Positions 4,089 to 5,033 of a stretch of DNA of 5,033 bases are shown in pieces. Origin of the DNA: a virus. The translations under genes and the position numbers were made by a program. The stretch spans positions 1 through 5,033 of IMG/VR virus record IMGVR_UViG_3300045988_055949, one strand, 5' to 3'. Below the pieces are notes generated by a model that was not told the origin of the DNA, did no database searches, and was given only the letters and a program-made list of their open reading frames with translations. The stretch's first letter is position 1. Each line of letters opens with the position of its first letter.

Positions 4089-5033
4089 TTAGAAATGATC
4101 AACAAGGCCGGGCGTACCAAACATAGGCATAGGACGCACAGTAGTGTAACGGAAGCCTATATCAAGCAAAAATTCAGGTTCACTGGGAACAGCGATAATG
4201 CGCTCAATAGGTGGATTTTCCACAATAAATTCCTCGTTAAGAGCAGGAGCATTTTTGAAGAACTGCGAGAGATGCCATTTATCCAAAGTACCACCAACTA
4301 CCGAACTACGGAACTTACCTGTAATCTGCGAAGGTTTATAGCGATATTCGGCATAGCGTTCCTGATAGCCAAAAACAGTAGTGTCAGCTTCAGTACCCTG
4401 AGCATAGATCTCACGAAGTTCAATGGCCTGCTCACCAAGATGCGCGAATGTAGGCCAATAGAAATCGTAAACGGTAGAACGAAGCCACATCTTATTAATA
4501 CCCTGCTGATAGGTTAAGTCAGAACGAGCGCAAACAAAGCCAAAAATATAGCCATGTTCGACGAAAGATTTGGTAAAGCCATGGAATTTAGCAGCAGTAA
4601 CACCATAAGCAGAAAGGTTGCCTTGAGGAGAAGTGCCGTCGGTTGCAGAAGTCTGAGCTATTGGGTTGACGTTAACCATTTTAGTGAAAGAGCCGAGGAA
4701 CTCAGGGCGCTGAAGACGAGCGTCAGGAGAAACTACGCCAAAGAAAGAGCGAAGCACTTCTGTATACCGACTGCCACCACGAGCAAGGCGTTCATAGAAC
4801 TTCTGCATCTGGAAAGCAGTGCGCAAAGAATTAATGGTAGCAGCGCTTACACCGCTTAGATCAGCGTAACCCCAATCAGCAACACCTTCAGGAGTAACTT
4901 GAACGAATTGAGCATTATTAGTACCAGTAGTATCGACAATGCCGGCAAGATTACCGGGGTTATAGCCTTTAAAGGACGGAAACATAGTCTGAAACTGCAT
5001 TTGAGTATCAGCGGAAAGAAGAGGAGCATTGCC
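4089..5033 (-). CDS. VP1: Major capsid protein VP1, 3' part (C-terminal ~303 aa plus 11 upstream codons that duplicate window start)
   Basis: Track ORF 4089..5000 (QFQTMFPSFKGYNPGNLAG...FGYQERYAEYRYKPSQITGKFRS...WHLSQFF...RPMPMFGTPGLVDHF) is a typical gokushovirus VP1 C-terminal half. The frame stays open beyond M at 5000 to the window edge and is continuous with 1..797 through the 95-nt overlap. The stop is TAA at 4091-4089. Confidence 0.93.
   Translation of the reverse strand, partial: GNAPLLSADTQMQFQTMFPSFKGYNPGNLAGIVDTTGTNNAQFVQVTPEGVADWGYADLSGVSAATINSLRTAFQMQKFYERLARGGSRYTEVLRSFFGVVSPDARLQRPEFLGSFTKMVNVNPIAQTSATDGTSPQGNLSAYGVTAAKFHGFTKSFVEHGYIFGFVCARSDLTYQQGINKMWLRSTVYDFYWPTFAHLGEQAIELREIYAQGTEADTTVFGYQERYAEYRYKPSQITGKFRSSVVGGTLDKWHLSQFFKNAPALNEEFIVENPPIERIIAVPSEPEFLLDIGFRYTTVRPMPMFGTPGLVDHF
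4939..5033. repeat. Right copy of the 95-nt direct terminal redundancy (identical to 1-95)
   Basis: Same comparison as for the left copy. The genome unit length is 4938 nt. Confidence 0.97.

Noticed and set aside
1513-4859. Plus-strand ORFs from the track: 1513..1812, 2072..2674, 3489..3854, 4095..4517 and 4554..4859
   Set aside because: Each lies entirely antisense to a well-supported minus-strand gene. Their compositions are skewed (I/F/K/N/T-rich, few acidic residues), they carry no recognisable motifs and I saw no SD sequence. They are typical shadow ORFs opposite real genes. Microviridae are known to transcribe only one strand.
4089-5000. Treating M at 5000 as the VP1 start (a 303-aa capsid protein)
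   Set aside because: The frame remains open upstream to the window edge and continues through the 95-nt overlap into 1..797, where the conserved N-terminal jelly-roll motifs of VP1 are encoded. A 303-aa product would lack them.
1-5033. Search for a novel defence system, toxin-antitoxin pair, CRISPR array, tRNA or transposase
   Set aside because: The whole window is accounted for by eight tightly packed phage genes and about 300 nt of intergenic sequence. I saw no spacer-repeat periodicity, no cloverleaf-capable segment and no genes outside the microvirus repertoire apart from the two small ORFans.

Overview
The window is one complete circular ssDNA microvirus genome (family Microviridae, Gokushovirinae-like gene set), linearised inside the major capsid gene. 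Bases 1-95 are identical to bases 4939-5033, so the genome unit is 4,938 nt and the duplication is most simply an assembly overlap. All credible genes lie on the minus strand of the window. By analogy with other Microviridae, the minus strand is therefore the mRNA-sense, packaged strand. Gene order along the coding strand is: VP1 major capsid (797 down to 1, continuing 4938 down to 4089; about 548 aa), VP2 pilot/minor capsid (4073-3345), a 79-aa protein with an N-terminal transmembrane helix (3339-3100), a 36-aa arginine-rich J/VP8-like DNA-binding peptide that is absent from the ORF track (3103-2993), VP4 HUH replication initiator (2950-2039), a 79-aa ORFan (2008-1769), a VP5/ORF5-like nonstructural protein (1800-1510) and VP3 internal scaffold (1403-921). 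Non-coding signals are few but sharp. All three TTGACA hexamers on the coding strand sit at gene ends, and two of them lie exactly 17 nt upstream of a 5/6 match to TATAAT. An A7-hairpin-T5 intrinsic-terminator-like element lies between the nonstructural and structural modules. A 49-nt two-tier hairpin lies in the VP3-VP1 intergenic region, and its viral-strand loop reads TTACTTGAT, which contains the phiX174 nick-site heptamer as I recall it. I see no tRNA, CRISPR array, transposon or defence system. The novelty here is at the level of small accessory ORFs and cis elements of an otherwise canonical gokushovirus. The plus-strand ORFs and the off-frame hydrophobic ORFs in the track are judged to be shadow ORFs.
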